A stretch of DNA of 64,000 bases, taken from NCBI GenBank assembly GCA_030390025.1, contig CM059431.1, positions 106,518,001-106,582,000 on the forward strand. The letters run 5' to 3'. The notes under the pieces are model-generated. The model made no database searches. It worked only from the letters and a program-made list of their open reading frames with translations, and had not been told where the DNA came from. The position numbers and the translations under genes are program-made. Position 1 is the stretch's first letter. Each line of letters starts with the position of its first letter. Origin of the DNA: Squalus acanthias (Eukaryota). This document shows positions 12,657 through 26,500 of the stretch, in pieces.

Positions 12657-12980
12657 CACAACTTGCATTTATATCGCGCCTTTAACGTACGAAAGCATCC
12701 CAAGGCTCTTCACATTTATCAGATTTGGCACCGAGCCACTTGAGCTATTCGGACATGTGACCAAAAAGCTTGGCCAAAGAGGTAAGTTTTACGGAGCATC
12801 TTAAAGGGGCAGCGGGGCTGAGAGGTTTTGGGATGGAATTCCAAAGTTTAGGGCCAAGACAGCTGAAGGCACGGCCAGCAATGCAGGGGTGAAGGAAATC
12901 GGGGATGCGCAAGAGGCCAGAATTGGGGGAACGCAGAGTTTTCAGAGGGTAGTAGGGCTGGAGGAGCTTACAGAGATAAC
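12657..12980 (-). mobile_element. L2-type LINE 3' end
   Basis: Matches L2-like ends at 15147, 30640 and 56915. Confidence 0.7.
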
Positions 12981-13577
12981 ACTTCTATTATTGCAGAAAA
13001 CTTTTATTTAAATCGGTGTTCCAACAGAAATGACATCTTATTAAATCAATAAATCTAGAAAAAATATCTAAATGTGATGTTAGAATAGAAATCTGATCAC
13101 CTTATGGATGTCCCAGGATCCCTTTGAGGACTCCTAGGCTACTTTGAAGATCTATGATCTAGATCTCCAATGCACAAATTAACCTGTGTTTGAATCAGGC
13201 TATGTGCTGATGATGCTGCAATAGGTCCTAAATCAGATGATCTCAAGAAGGTTTCTTGTGTATGTGACAATTCTGTGAATCTGTTCCTTGTGACAGTTTT
13301 ATTCTATGTTGCCTGATAACAATATGCAGAGGATAGAGCCTTTATTTTGACATAATGTCTTCTAAGCATCATGCAGATTAGCAGAGTAACAGAGAAGAAA
13401 CTCAACAGCATACCTGCCCTGTATCACCCACAGTTTGATTTATTACGTTTAGCCAAAGGACTGAAACTATTTATCCTATACCCTCATCAGGACTGATATT
13501 TGTCTTCACTTTTATTTGACCATGCAAGTTGACTTTAAATGAAGTCAACTAAAGATCTTATTGCACCTTTGATCATA

Positions 13578-14031
13578 GTGTCAGCCGTGGCTCAGTGGGT
13601 AGCACTCTCGCCTCTGAGTCAGAAGGTCGTGGGTTCAAGTCCCATGCCAGAGACTTGAGCACAAAAATCTAGGCTGCCACTCCAGTGCAGTGCTGAGGGA
13701 GTGCTGCACTGTCGGAGGTGCTGTCTTTCAGATGCGACGTTAAACCAAGGTCCCGTCTACTCTCTCAGGTGGATGCAAAAGATCCCGCAGCACTATTTCG
13801 AGGAAGAGCAGGGGAGTTATCCCCAGTGTCCTGGCCAATATTTATCCCTCAATCAACATCACAAAAACAGATTATCTGGCCATTATCACATTGCTGTTTG
13901 TACGCAAAAATGGCTGCCACGTTTCTTACATCACAACAGTGACTATATTTCAAAAGTACTTCATTGGCTGTAGAGCGCTTTGGGATATCCAGTGGTCGTG
14001 AAAGGCGCTATAGAAATGCAAGTATTTCTTT
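13578..14031 (+). mobile_element. DeuSINE, full length
   Basis: Head, core and tail match 1887-2365. Confidence 0.85.
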
Positions 14032-14827
14032 ATTGGAGCTAGAATCTTCGACAGAATTCTTAAAAAAAAACAGAGCTTTATCAAGGTTTGTTTCCTTATT
14101 GTGCACATAGGCTCAAGATGGTGAGAGATGACAGTACTGGAGGATGGAACAACTGAATTAAGGAATTCAGTGTCAGTTAAGCCATAGGTGCAATGCAATG
14201 CTAAGCTTCCTCTGCTATGCCGTGATGATACATATTGACACTAACCCCAAAGAGGGCTCTCATTAGACCAGTTAGACATTCTTACCTTTTTTTTGTGCTT
14301 CATCTGTCAGGTCTGTCAATGTTGAGTCCCATAACCCCTCCTGTGGATGGATTGAATACAAAGGAAAAACCTACTCTAATTGTCCCTCTGTGCACTCTGC
14401 CCTGACAACCCCTCTCAATGATTTATATCCATCAAAGCCTAGATACCTAATCAGAGTTGCAGTACAAACTTCACAACCCAAGATAGTCCAGTGTCCTCCT
14501 TTGCATGGTACCTGGCTGTCTCAAAACAACCGGTAGAAGCGAAGAATTAATAAAATATAAGGGTAAATCTTAGAAATGAAAGGATCCGCAATCACGGGAG
14601 GAATATGTGCAAATTATCTGTGCTTGGTAGGTGGGAGGGCACGGGGGTAGGTGGTAGAGATCAAGGTTCCCCGACTGAAATGCAATTTCAAAAAAATACC
14701 TCTTCAATGCACACTCTCCATATTGCTTTCTGTTAACCACCTCTCGTTATCACTGAGTAAAGTTGCAGTCAATAGATCATGAACAAGACTCCTTCAGTAT
14801 TATGAAGTGGGGTGTTTTTGGTATCTG

Positions 14828-15086
14828 CAGTAAACTCTTTCGTATCCGGCACCTATGGGACCAGGATGGTGCCGGTTGATGAAAAGTTCTGGATAACAGA
14901 GAGGTATACCTACCAAGGCAATTTTTAACAAAAAAAATAAAAACCACTGACTAACTTGGCCACCGCGGGAGACTCGGACTCGGCAAAACGAGTGCTGGAT
15001 GGATTCGGCAAGATTACCAGTTATCTATTTTGCCGGTTATTAAAGTATTCCGGATGATTAAGTGCCGTTTAAACAAGAGTTTACTG
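14828..15086. mobile_element. Tc1/mariner (pogo/Tigger-like) MITE
   Basis: TIRs CAGTAAACTCT / AGAGTTTACTG; flanks TG/TA consistent with a decayed TA TSD. Confidence 0.7.
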
Positions 15087-15146
15087 TACCATGACAGCTA
15101 CTTTAGATGGGGTTGGGGGGCGCGGTGGGTGTGTGAGGGGCGAAGA

Positions 15147-15605
15147 AACAACAACAACAACAACGTGTATTTATCTAGCACCTTTAACGTAGTAAAACGT
15201 ACCAAGGCGCTTCACAGGAGTATTATAAGACAAAAAATTTGACACCCAGCCACATAAGGAGAAATTAGGGCAGATAACCAAAAGCTTGGTCAAAGAGGTA
15301 GGTTTTAAGGAGCATCTTTAGGGAGAAAAGAGAGGTAGAGAGGCGGAGAGGTTTAGGCAGGGAATTCCAGAGCTTAGGGCCAAGGCAACAGAAGGTACGG
15401 CTGCCAATGGTTGAGCGAATATAATCAGGGATGCGCAAGAGGGCAGAATTAGAGGAGCGCAGATATCTCAGGGCAGGGTGGGTGGGGGGGGGGTTGTGAG
15501 GCTGGAGGGGATTACAGAGATAGGGAGGGGGGGCGAGGCCATGGAGTGATTTGAAAACAAGGATGAGAATTTGGAAATCGAGGCGTTGTTAACCGGGAGC
15601 CAATG
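15147..15605 (-). mobile_element. L2-type LINE 3' end
   Basis: LHWLPV motif on -; (CAA)n tail. Confidence 0.8.
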
Positions 15606-16493
15606 AAGGCGCTTAATTGAATGAATCCAACCCTTGGAGTATGTTAGGCATATTATAAAAGTGATAGACATCCTGGAGTGATTTCAAGGCTGTAATGTCA
15701 TCTCAAGTTTTTTAAAACTGATTTTAACACCAGATAAATAAAATATTATCACATCAAAGGTTTATCTAGTTAGGAAATCAGGAGTTTGAATCTAACCTTA
15801 TTCCCTGCAGCTGCAACGACCTCTGACAACTGCCCTGATGGTGCTTCCTACATACTAATATTGTGTGTTCATCCTTCATGCCTCTTTAAGGAAAATTGCT
15901 GAATTAATATAAGTTTGTGTGACATATAAAGCAGGATTTGTGCGGCTGAGTCGTCTACTGGGAACTGACTGAAACTGCCTGAACTCATTTCACTTAGCAT
16001 GTTTAAGAGCCATGAAAGGCATTCTTGGTTGGATTTGAACCGAGCTCCCTAAGGTGAAAGGATAGACTTCGAACACACTGTACCACTCAGACTAACGATC
16101 TTGCATATGCAAAAGACTGTGTCAGTAACTTAATTGGTGTCATCAAGTAGGCTACTGCAAAAATGGCTAGTTAATCAACACATCATACTTTCCCGTGCGT
16201 TTATTTGTCACAGATATAGTCGCCAGGATGCTCTGAAAATGGTATTCGCTTGAAGGTAATGAAAATTTAAAAATATTTGCCAGTTGCCACGTGTTTTGTT
16301 TTGGAGGTATTTTTTCCAGAAGTACTGTAGAGCCGTACTTTGTGTGTATCTAGTAGGTACTGGTATATTCACTAATCCCATTGTAAATTGTGTGTTTTTA
16401 GTATATATTGGTAAATTCTGCAGTTCCCGCTCCACTCAAAGGGGACATGAGTCGGAAGATTGGTGCCACAGTGTCCTGGCCCTCTGCTGTGAA

Positions 16494-16950
16494 GTGTCAG
16501 CTGTGGCTCAGTGGGTAGCACTCTCACCTCTGAGTCAGAATTTTGTGGGTTCAAGTCCCACTCCAGAGACTTGAGCACAAAAATCAAGGCTGACACACCA
16601 GTGCAGTGCTGAGGGAGTGCTGCACTGTCTGGAGGTGCCGTCTTTCAGATGAGATGTTAAACCGAGGCCCTGTTTGCTCTCTCAGGGGTATAAAAGATCT
16701 CATGGCACTATTTCGAAGAAGAGCAGGTGAGTTATCCCCGGTGTCCTGGCCAATATTTATCTCTCAACCAACATAACAAAAACAGGTTATCTAGTTATTA
16801 TCACATTGCTGTTTGTGGGAGCTTGCTGTGTGCAAATTGGCTGCCGCGTTTCCTACATTATAAAAGTTACTACACTTCAAAAGTACTTAATTGGCTGTGA
16901 AGCATTTGGGACATCCGGTGGCACTATAGAAATGCAAGTCTTTTTTTCTT
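16494..16950 (+). mobile_element. DeuSINE
   Basis: Head, core and tail match. Confidence 0.85.
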
Positions 16951-17279
16951 TCTCCCTTTGAATATGGCTCCCCACTGGGATTGTGGGATCGATGAATGTA
17001 CCCGGTAATCTGTGGGACATCTTCAGTAGTATTGACCAGATTATCTATTACATATTCTTACTGTATTGGAAAGCTTAGTGCAGTAAATCCATTGGATTAT
17101 ATAAGGGCGTTGTCTCTTTAAGGATGGAATATAGTCCTTTTTGCACCGTCAAACATCAGTTATGAAGAATTATGACTAGGTTTAATGTTCTTTTTTTTAA
17201 TTTCACTCTATTTCTGTTAATCTTCTGAATACTTTTGTTTAAGCAATTATGTACTGATAACTGTAAAAACTGACTATAC

Positions 17280-18378
17280 TTTCCACCACATGCCCCACCC
17301 AAATAGCTCTGGTGGCAGTGTGGCTCTCATCAAATCTTGCTCTCTCGCTCTTGCTCTCTACTCCTTAGAACACCTCACCTTGTTCCATCTCTCTCAACTC
17401 TCCTTTAAATTCCTCGTTGTCTACCACCCTCCCAATCCCTACTGAGATAGCTTCCCTTCTTTTCTCCCTCAGCCTCTGAACTGAGCGACTCCTCACCCGC
17501 CGTGATTTCAATCTCCGTCTTCGCACCCCTTGTCTTCTGATTGCATTGCCCTCCTGTTCTCCCTAAACCCCTCTCTCCATATAGAGTCTCCTACCCATAC
17601 TCATGGCCACTCCTTTGATCCAGCCATCTCATGTAGCTTCTATACTCCCATGGTCTCAAGAACAAACAAGACCATCTGTGACCATTGCCTTATATCCCTT
17701 ATCATCCACATCCCCCTACCTCCTTCCAATTCCTCTTCCTTTTGCATCCACCCCTTGCAAAAACCATGGAGTCATCTTCTACATACATACTGACGACAAC
17801 CAGCTGTATCTCTATCCTACCTCTTTTAAACCCTCCACTGTCTCTGTGTTATCAGATTGCTTGTCCAACATCCAGTCTTGGATGAGTTGCAAATGTTTCC
17901 AATTAAACATTAGGAAGACCCAAGTCATCATCTTCAGCCCCTACCACAAACTCTGTACCATGAGCACTGATCCAGCCCCCACCCAGCCATTGTCTCAGGC
18001 TGAACCAGACAGTTTGCAATCTCAAGCTGAGCTTCTGACCCCATGTCCTCTCCATTACAAAGACTGCCTACCTCCATCTCGAACATGACATGCCTTCCCC
18101 CCACCTCAGTCCATCTGCTACTGAAAGACTCATCCATGCCTTTGTCACTTGCAGACTCAACTATTTCAGTGCTCTCCTGGCTTGCCTCCTATCCTACACC
18201 CTGAATAAACTGTCAGTAATTCAAAACTCTTATGCCTGTATCCTATCCTGCACCAAATTCCACTCACCCGTCACTCCTGTTTTTGCTGACCTACATTGGC
18301 TCCAGTCTCTGAATACATTCAATTAAAAAAATTCTCATCCTCCTGTTTAAATCCCTTCACCACCTCACCCCTTCCTAA
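17280..18378 (+). mobile_element. Degenerate L2 LINE with internal deletions
   Basis: EN remnants; HTDDNQLYL (YADD-like); LIHAFVTCRLNY; ADLHWL. Confidence 0.75.
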
Positions 18379-18394
18379 ACTTGCACATTCCCTA

Positions 18395-18400
18395 TCTCTC

Positions 18401-18443
<43 letters not shown>
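18395..18443. repeat. (CT)n(CA)n microsatellite
   Basis: Direct reading. Confidence 0.95.
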
Positions 18444-18445
<2 letters not shown>

Positions 18446-18616
18446 ACTACACTGTCTTGTTCTTAAGAGGACCAATGTTCACAGTACAGAGTTCCCGAGA
18501 CTGACTCTCTCACTGAGAGACTGTTACAACTTAGGCTCTCTCCCAAATCTTTCTCTATTCAGAGCAAAATATAGCTTTCCATAGGCAGAACCACATCTTC
18601 TATGATCAGAAACGTA

Positions 18617-19404
18617 GAAAAAGAAAGACTTGCATTTATATAGCACCTTTCATGACCACCGGACGTCTCAAAGTGCTTTACAGCCAATGAAGTACTATTT
18701 GAAATGTAGTCACTGTTGTAATGTGGGAAAAGCAGCAGTCAATTTGCACACAGCAAGGTCCCACAAACTGCAATGTGATAATGACCAGATCAACTGTTTT
18801 TGTTATCACAGAATCCCCACAGTGCAGATAGAGGCCATTTCGGCCCATCAAGCCTGCACCGACACATTTCCCACCCTATCCCCATAACCCCACGTATTTA
18901 ATCCCCCCCTAACACTAAGGGTCAATTTATCATAGCCAAATCAACCTAACCCGCACATCTTTGGACTGTGAGAGGAAACCGGAGCACCCGGAGGAAACCC
19001 ACGCAGACACGGGGAGAATGTGCAAACTCCACACAGACAGTTACCCGAGGCTGGATTCGAACCCGGGTCCCTGGTGCTGTGAGGCAACAGTGCTAACCAC
19101 TATGCCACCGTGTTGCCCTTTATGTTGGTTGAGAGATAAATATTGGTCAGGACACCAGGGAGAACTCCCCTGCTCTTCTTCGAAATAGTGCCACAGGATC
19201 TTTTATATCCACCTGAGAGAGCAGACAGAGCCTCGGTTTAACGTCTCATTCAAAAGACGGCACCTCCGACAGTGCAGCACTTCCTCAGCACTGCACTGGA
19301 GCGTCAGCCTAGCTTTTTGTGCTCAAGTTTCTGGAGTGGGACTGTGAACCCACAACCTTCTGACTCAGGGACGAGTGTGCTACCAACTGAGCCACAGCTG
19401 ACAC
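18617..19404 (-). mobile_element. DeuSINE hosting an HE1-like SINE
   Basis: Reverse-complement tail at 18617, head at ~19404. Confidence 0.85.
18807..19118 (-). mobile_element. HE1-like V-SINE
   Basis: tRNA head GGGCAACACGGTGGCATAGTGG...GGGTTCGAATCC; V-domain GTGGAGTTTGCACATTCTCCCCGTGTCTGCGTGGGTTTCCTCCGGGTGCTCCGGTTTCC; CR1-like tail. Confidence 0.85.
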
Positions 19405-19504
19405 TGTAGATGATTACGTGTGTTGTGCAAATGGCAATAGTGTGCCACATTACAAGCCTAACTTGCACAGTGCTTTGACCTATCTTAAGTGTGTCTAAAA
19501 TATT

Positions 19505-20190
19505 GGCCCGTAATTTCTACAAACTTACCTGAGGGCTCCCGAGGTCCGGACACTTCCGATCCTGGGCCTCTCCACAGTCGAAATGCGCAGGGCCCAGGTA
19601 TCCCAGAGGCGCAGGCAGTTCGCAAGCGTCCCTGGGATCACGTGGGCCATGGGGAGCCAATAGGAGAAGGGAATCTCCCTTCATACTTTTGACAGATAGA
19701 CCTGTCAAATATATGAATGGAGATCACCCCAAAAAGACACTAAAACATTAAATAAATTTTAAAAAACCAGCACGTTTTTAAAATGAGTTAAAATTACATT
19801 AAATTAAATATTTTAAACAAAAATTTAATTTTTTGAAAAAAATAATTAAAAGATTTTTACGGGGCTAAAAATAAACTTACCTTTTTTAAAAGTATTTTTA
19901 AATTTTAAATGAATGAATTCTTTTTTATTTTTTTTACTTTTTTCAACTCTTATGCTGGTAAAAGCAGGCCTTACGCCTGCTTTTACCACGCGTAAGGTTT
20001 CTAAGGGTTTTCTGCAGGCGGAGTTTCTGCAGAAAGCGGAACTCTCCCCCCCTCAGAGGCCCTTCTCCAGGGCAGGTGTCCGATCTGTCAAGAGCATTCA
20101 GGCTTCGCATGCCTGAAACCTGCATTTCCGATGTCCCTACGGGTGTGTACACAGCTCATACACACCCGTAGGCATCGGAAAATACGGGCC
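19505..20190. mobile_element. Harbinger-type MITE, subfamily B
   Basis: TIRs GGCCCGTAATTT / AAAATACGGGCC; perfect TSD ATT; AT-rich centre. Confidence 0.85.
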
Positions 20191-22070
20191 ATTGAGTCCT
20201 TTCCAAAATCTTGGTTGTTGATGACCATAACATGGCCAGCTCTTCGCTCCATTGGAGTACTATCTCACTGCAGCAACATAGGAAACAAGTGGCTGGCACA
20301 AGATAACTCTGAAGTACAGAATAGGAAAAGCCAGCGGCACTGCTATTTCTCCACGTCGGCCTTTCACATTCCAATTCAAAGGAATACTTTCACACAAGGC
20401 ATGTAAACATGCTATTAATCAGTTTCAGTTTTCGGGCAGATAGCTCGTGAACTGCCAACTTACAGCACTTGGATGGATATCTTTATCTTGTAAAACCCAA
20501 CTTGCATTTCAAATAGTTTGAATGTAGAAACAACTCTTTGTGACCATTATAAATCTGTAACATTCATACGCAACCAACATTTCAAAGCCAGGAGAGAATT
20601 CCTGAAGGAATTAATATGTAATGACCCCTCCCCGCACCCTCTCCCCGCACCACCGCCCCCCCACCCCCCCCACCGCCCCCCACCAACACTGGTTAGATAG
20701 CTCCCCAGAAATATAAAAGCAAAATACTGCACACGCTAGAAATCGGAAATGAAAAAATATATATCCCGAGGCAGTATTTGTGTATCACTATCACTCATTT
20801 CACTTCCCCGACATACAGACAAAAATGTCCCTTCAGAAAGGAGCTAAGAGTTTCATTTTAAATTCACAATCTGTTGGTATATCTACCATTTCATATGGAG
20901 AAGGCATAACCAAAATTTTAATGTTTGAAATAAGACTGCTCCTGTCACAGGGACCATGGAGGAGATAGTATGGGAAATGTCACACTTGGACAATAAAAGG
21001 CGCTCTTCTGAGATTGAGGTTAGGGCACACTGTTGGGGTAGCATAAAGGAAGCTTCAGTCGGCATCTGGTTGGGGTTCAATGGTTATGGTGTCAAAAAGT
21101 AAAAGGAATTTCACACCATGGCATGAATGTCTCTCACTGTTTGAGGAGAACATTTGTACTGTGACTTTCTGATACTGATCGCCAGTTTGATTCTTTTAAA
21201 GATAGCTATTCATTTAAATCCTTTAATCTTCTGTGGAACAGTGGAGGCCATCATCAACTCACTTTACATTCATGTCACACATACACATTGCCCGTCTTAG
21301 AATAGGTGCCATTGCGCACATACAAACAACGATGGACAGGAAAAGAATCTCTGGTCTATCCAGCCTGTCCTCCACAACTGCAATGTCTTGTTCATCACAA
21401 TATATACACTCCCCACCCGAAACCAACGTGATCTCCTGGGAGAGGTAGTAAATCAGATTAAAAGCCCAGGCCAATTGGGGGGAAAAAAATCTGGGAAATT
21501 CTTCTCCGACCCTTTTGAGGCAATCAAAACTCGTCCAGGAGACCACTCTGGCCCTGATTAAATGTCATGCAGTACCAACTTTTATTTATGTGGTACGAAT
21601 CACGTACATGGGCCTTATATAATTTTATTGATATTCCTCAGTTCTGACTTTATCTATAACTTCAACCCTTTTGTTCCCCTCTTGCTTGAAAAGACCTGTG
21701 CTGAGCTCCAGTGAGATCGTTCTTAGTTTGCGATCCATCAATAAAGTCCCTTAAGGCCTCTTTTGCATGTCCAGTTGCTTTATGGAGTACCTATGGCTCG
21801 GATTAAGATGCCTTCAGCAATCGTCCCTGGCATTCTTGAGCTGGAAGATTATATTCATTTTCAAAGAACTCTAATTACATCTCTTTTTTTCGATTATGTT
21901 GGAACCATTCTTTTTCTCTCTCTCTTCTAGCTTCTCGTCAATTAAGAGACCCACACATCTGTCACAAAACAGTCAATTTCACAGCATCTCAGTAGTTACA
22001 TTTGCACCCTTGAAGATCTGTGGTGGCTCTCAACGGAACTAAATTGTGATGCACGTTAAAGGAATCATGT

Positions 22071-23469
22071 GAGGTAGAGTTTCCGCTTTGAGCGCAATCC
22101 AGAATTGGGCGCAAATTGCGATTGAAATTGGACTGCTTAGGTTCCAGTTCAGGTTTCCGCTAAAACTTATTTGCATAATCACAAACAATAGAAATTCGGC
22201 TCCTTTGCGCCTGCCGTTAGCACCTCCTGGGGGCACAAAGGGCACCCGGGGAAAGCACCTCCCAAGAAATCCGGCGGGGCGTTGCTGAGGCGCTACCCGA
22301 TAGCGCCGTGCCCCCGCCGGTAGCGCCCTGGGCCACTGCGCCGCCAGCCCCTTACCGCCCCATGACAGAAATTTGGCTGTGCCCCACGAGGCTGCCACGG
22401 GCGATGTCAGCGCCAGCCTCGCGGGTCGTGAACCAGGCCGACCTCTGCTCACGGGGCAGTATTTAAAGGGGAGGTGCGGCCGCGACCCGAACCGCCATTT
22501 TCTTTTTTTGGCCGACCTCCAGGTCGGCCCTCTGTGGTGGGCCGTGGCGTGGTCCTGGCTGCCATTGCGCAGCCTGGCAATGCATCTAGCCCTGGTGGCC
22601 TAGTGTGGGCCAGCAGAGTGCGCAACAGCCCTCCCCTTTAACTGAAGGGGAGGGGCGTTGAAACGCGGCAGCACTCCGCGAAGCGCTGCCGATCATGCCC
22701 TGACATCGCCTCGGTTACCACCCCACCAGGAAGTGGAGCGCCTGAAATTGCCTCCTGTGCGGGGCGGTAAGCCGAATTTAGCGGGCGGAGCGGTACTTCG
22801 GCGCGGGCGCTAAATGTCAGGCCTTAACTCGGTTACCGCCCCCAAACGAGGCGTAACCGAATTTCGCACCCAAAATCTTCTATGAATCGGGCAGCATAAT
22901 AGAATGTCATTATTTTTCTTTCTTTCTATTAAAAAGTATTCCTTGATATATTTAAGAGCAGTAACCTGGTGCAGGTTTATTAATACAGCTGAAAATGGGT
23001 TTATCACCAAAATAAGCATTTTTAATAAGAGTGTCCAGTCCTCCACCTGAGTAATCGGATTTTAAATCACTGAAAATGATTTTGAAAAAACAATACTGAA
23101 CCATTTACTAGTTTAATTGGTGTACCCAAGTCAGTTTCTTAGTAAATTAAATATTTTTTCATATGTAAAAACTTTTAAAACGTGCCGACTAGTGCCATTG
23201 CGTCTAAGAAAACCAACTTCATTTGAAGAGCCTCCTCGAATGGTCGCTATCGGCGGAAACTTGCCATCCTCGTTATTTCGATCTGAGGGCGTGGCCAGTT
23301 TTATGGACGGGGTCAGCTTTGGGCGAAATGATTTTTCGACCAGCGTTAAAAATTGCGAAAACTTGATTTACGTTTGACGTAACTTACGTTTAAAATTCCC
23401 GAAATCTTTTGAGCTGGTTTGCCTGATTTCACCTATTTTTGGATAATAATACGAGCGAAAACTCTAACC
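22071..23469. mobile_element. Harbinger-type MITE, subfamily D (hosts C)
   Basis: Ends GAGGTAGAGTTTCCGC / GCGAAAACTCTAACC; TSD TGT. Confidence 0.65.
22185..22871. mobile_element. GC-rich Harbinger-type MITE, subfamily C, nested in D
   Basis: GAAATTCGG / CCGAATTTC inverted ends; similar in style to 48086-48974. Confidence 0.65.
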
Positions 23470-23807
23470 TGTCACCCCGTGATTTATATAATTCGCTGGA
23501 AATGGAAATAAGCGTAGTTTTCAGAGACCTAGCAAGGAAGTGGAGAGCATGCTGCCAAGGGAAGAGCGAAGATGAAACTGCCTTGTTAAGGGCCAGTAAA
23601 TAATCTTAAGAGACAAGCCAGAAAGGTGAATGACTTATTAATGTTCCTACCTTCATATGTTCTTCTAAGTTGCTATACTTTGTTCAAATCTATGAATACT
23701 CCTCCTTCCAGCAGGATATGTACAATGCTTCTTAAAATTCAATGAGCTGGGCCAGTTCACATTGTTAATGTTTGGATCCACTGATATCATTAAGCTCTTT
23801 TTTTTTG

Positions 23808-24218
23808 AGAAAAGAGAAAGCTGAGGGATGACCTAATAGAGGTATTTGTGATTATGAAAGGGTTTGATAGGGTAGACGTAGAGAAAACGTTTCCACTTGT
23901 TGGGGAGACCAAAACTAGTGACCATAAATATAAGAGAGTCACTAATAAATCCAAGAGAGAATGCAGGAGAAACTTCTTTACCCAGAGGCTGGTGAGAATG
24001 TGGAACTCGCTACCACAGGGAGTGGTTGAGGTGAATAGCAGAGATGCATTTCAGGGGAAGCTAGATAAACACATGAGGGAGAAAGGAATAGAAGGATACA
24101 CTGATAGGGTGAGATGAGGAGTGGTGGGAGGAGGCTCGTGTGGAGCATAAACACCGACATAGACCATTTGAGCTGAATGGCCTGTTTCTGTGCTGCAACT
24201 ACTATGTTATTCTATGTA
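23808..24218 (+). mobile_element. CR1 3' fragment
   Basis: GFDRVDVEKTFPLV...RRNFFTQR plus 3' UTR. Confidence 0.85.
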
Positions 24219-24374
24219 AATTGGAAGGTGCAGCAGCATTAGCAACCAACATTTCACCTCAGCTACCCAAGTTTGAACCCACCAACCATGAATAGACTGA
24301 CAGTCTGTTGGGGTCCGATGTGAAATGAAAAGTCTCAACTCAATTAGGAGTGGACGTGAACCCACCGTGCTCAA

Positions 24375-25122
24375 GGGACAGAAATTCGGCCCTTGTCGGG
24401 TGAGTACGCGCTGTGTACTCACCCGTAAGGCCACCTGAAGTGCCGGTTTCACGCATGCACTGCGCATGCGTGGGAAACCGGAACTTCCGTTCCCCTGAAG
24501 GGAGGGGTTCAGAAGTCGAACGCGTGCGCGGGAGAGGCTGCGCGTACGCAGCGAACTTCGTTTTTTTTTTCAGGTTTCTCCGGGAGGGTAAGTACGGAGA
24601 AGCTGCACTTTTAAAAAGGAGGCGCAAGGCCTGTTTTTAACAAGGTAAGTGGTTAATTAATTACAATTTAAACATTTTTTCAACATTTTAGATACTTTAA
24701 AGAAAGATAAGTTTATTTTTAGCACCGTTAAAAAGTATAATTAATTTTTTCAAAAATTTAAATTTTTGTTTAAAGTAGTTAATTTATGTAACTTATAGTT
24801 ATTTTAAAAATGTGATTAAAAAAAAATTATTTGAAGTTTAAGTGTGGTTTTGGGGCCGATCTCTATTCATAGATTTGACAGGTCTTCCTGTCAAATCTAT
24901 GAATGACAATGCCCTGCTCCGATTGGCTCTCCATGGCCCACGTGATCCCAGGGGACGCTTCGAACTAACTGCGCCCCTGGGATACGCAAGCACTGCGCAC
25001 CGGCAGCTGCAGGAGGCCCAGGATCCGAAGTCCTCGTGGGCCCGAAGCACAACGGCAGGCGCGGTAGGTAAGTACTCGCGCGATGCTTGCACCCGCAGGA
25101 AGCCAGAGAGCCGAATTTCTGG
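24375..25122. mobile_element. Harbinger-type MITE, divergent B
   Basis: GGGACAGAAATTCGG / CCGAATTTCTG ends; interior homologous to 52828-53505. Confidence 0.75.
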
Positions 25123-26500
25123 AAAGTGTCTTTGAGTGAGATTGCCAACTTCAGGCCAAATTTCAAAGAGGCCGTAGTATGGCTTTGTGTGGAAAATGGA
25201 AAATGTCACATTGATACGAGGTTGGATGTCAATGCACATTGTTCTGGCAATGCTGATGGAATAAATGTACCCTGTCTCACTTCGGAGTTATCGATTCCGA
25301 CTGGCGCTGCGCAGCAGAAATTTCCCAGCACTAGCATCCCTTCATTTGATGAGTTCCAAATTAACTGGAAAATTGAGAGCGCGGACATTAGATTTATTTT
25401 TTAAAATACACAATGACAACATTTCTAACTCTTTGAAAGAAAAACAGATTTTCTTCCTGGTACTAAAAGATCGTACACGGGGAAGGTTCCCAAACAGGAA
25501 ATTGGTAAGACTTTTAGAGAAAAGACGGACATGGTATTGTGATACAAACTTGTCAACAAACCCATGGAAGTTATGCTGTTGGAACATGGGGAGGAGCACA
25601 GCATATTGAATACATTTCTGCTATCCCATTTATGTTTCCGCTATCTTGAGTACAGTATTCATTATACCTCTTGCTTTTACGTTTCACTCTTTACCGGTTG
25701 TGTCAGGGGATTGTGGAGGTTTCGAGTAGGAGCAGGCATACCATCGGGAAAATCTGCTGATAAAATGAAATGTAGACACTTACAGGGTATGTGCGCAGCA
25801 TGCATCTAGTCCTTGAATTGTGCAGCTGAGTACATCTACTTCACTGCCAACCACATTGAATAAAGTATGCACACGCTAAGAGGACAGAGCTCTGTACCTA
25901 CAGAGTGTGCACTGACCGAGAGACTGTAGCTCTATCGCCATGCTCTGCACTGATCACAGTTGCAGAACACTTGCCTCTTTACAGCCACACTTTGCTCTGG
26001 GCTTTGTAACCTGCTGGAAGTCAGGTCGCTTCTGGGAGCCTCAGATACGAAGACACCTTCCCTGACAGGGTTCACTTTCCTGTCGGCCAAATGAGCTGAG
26101 ACGCGGAGTCCCAATTAATATTAAGTGTAAGCATAATGGTAATTACCAGGTACACTACTTCATTAGGGCCAGCTGTTGTGGCATTAATATGTCCTCATAA
26201 TGAGCAAATTCTGCATAATTGCTGACTCTACAATTTACCAGAGTGAAAGGAGTTATTAAACAAAATCACCACAGGAATCATGCAGCTCTACATAAAGCTT
26301 TTTCAAAAATAATATTTCGACTCAAACTCAAGTAGCAGTCTATGGTAGGAGAAGTTACAGCAGTGGCAGTAATTGGCTCAGGAACATCAAGAGATAGTAA
26401 ATTGCCACTCTATCAGCCAAATAAAAGAACTACAGGTGTCAGACTTGTTTAGATGAAGTTCTTGAAAGTGTGATCTTCATATTAGAGATAAAGGAGGGGA

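Noticed and set aside
21310..21555. Novel ncRNA-like segment
   Set aside because: Resembles a CR1-family 3' UTR on the - strand; not supportable as anything else
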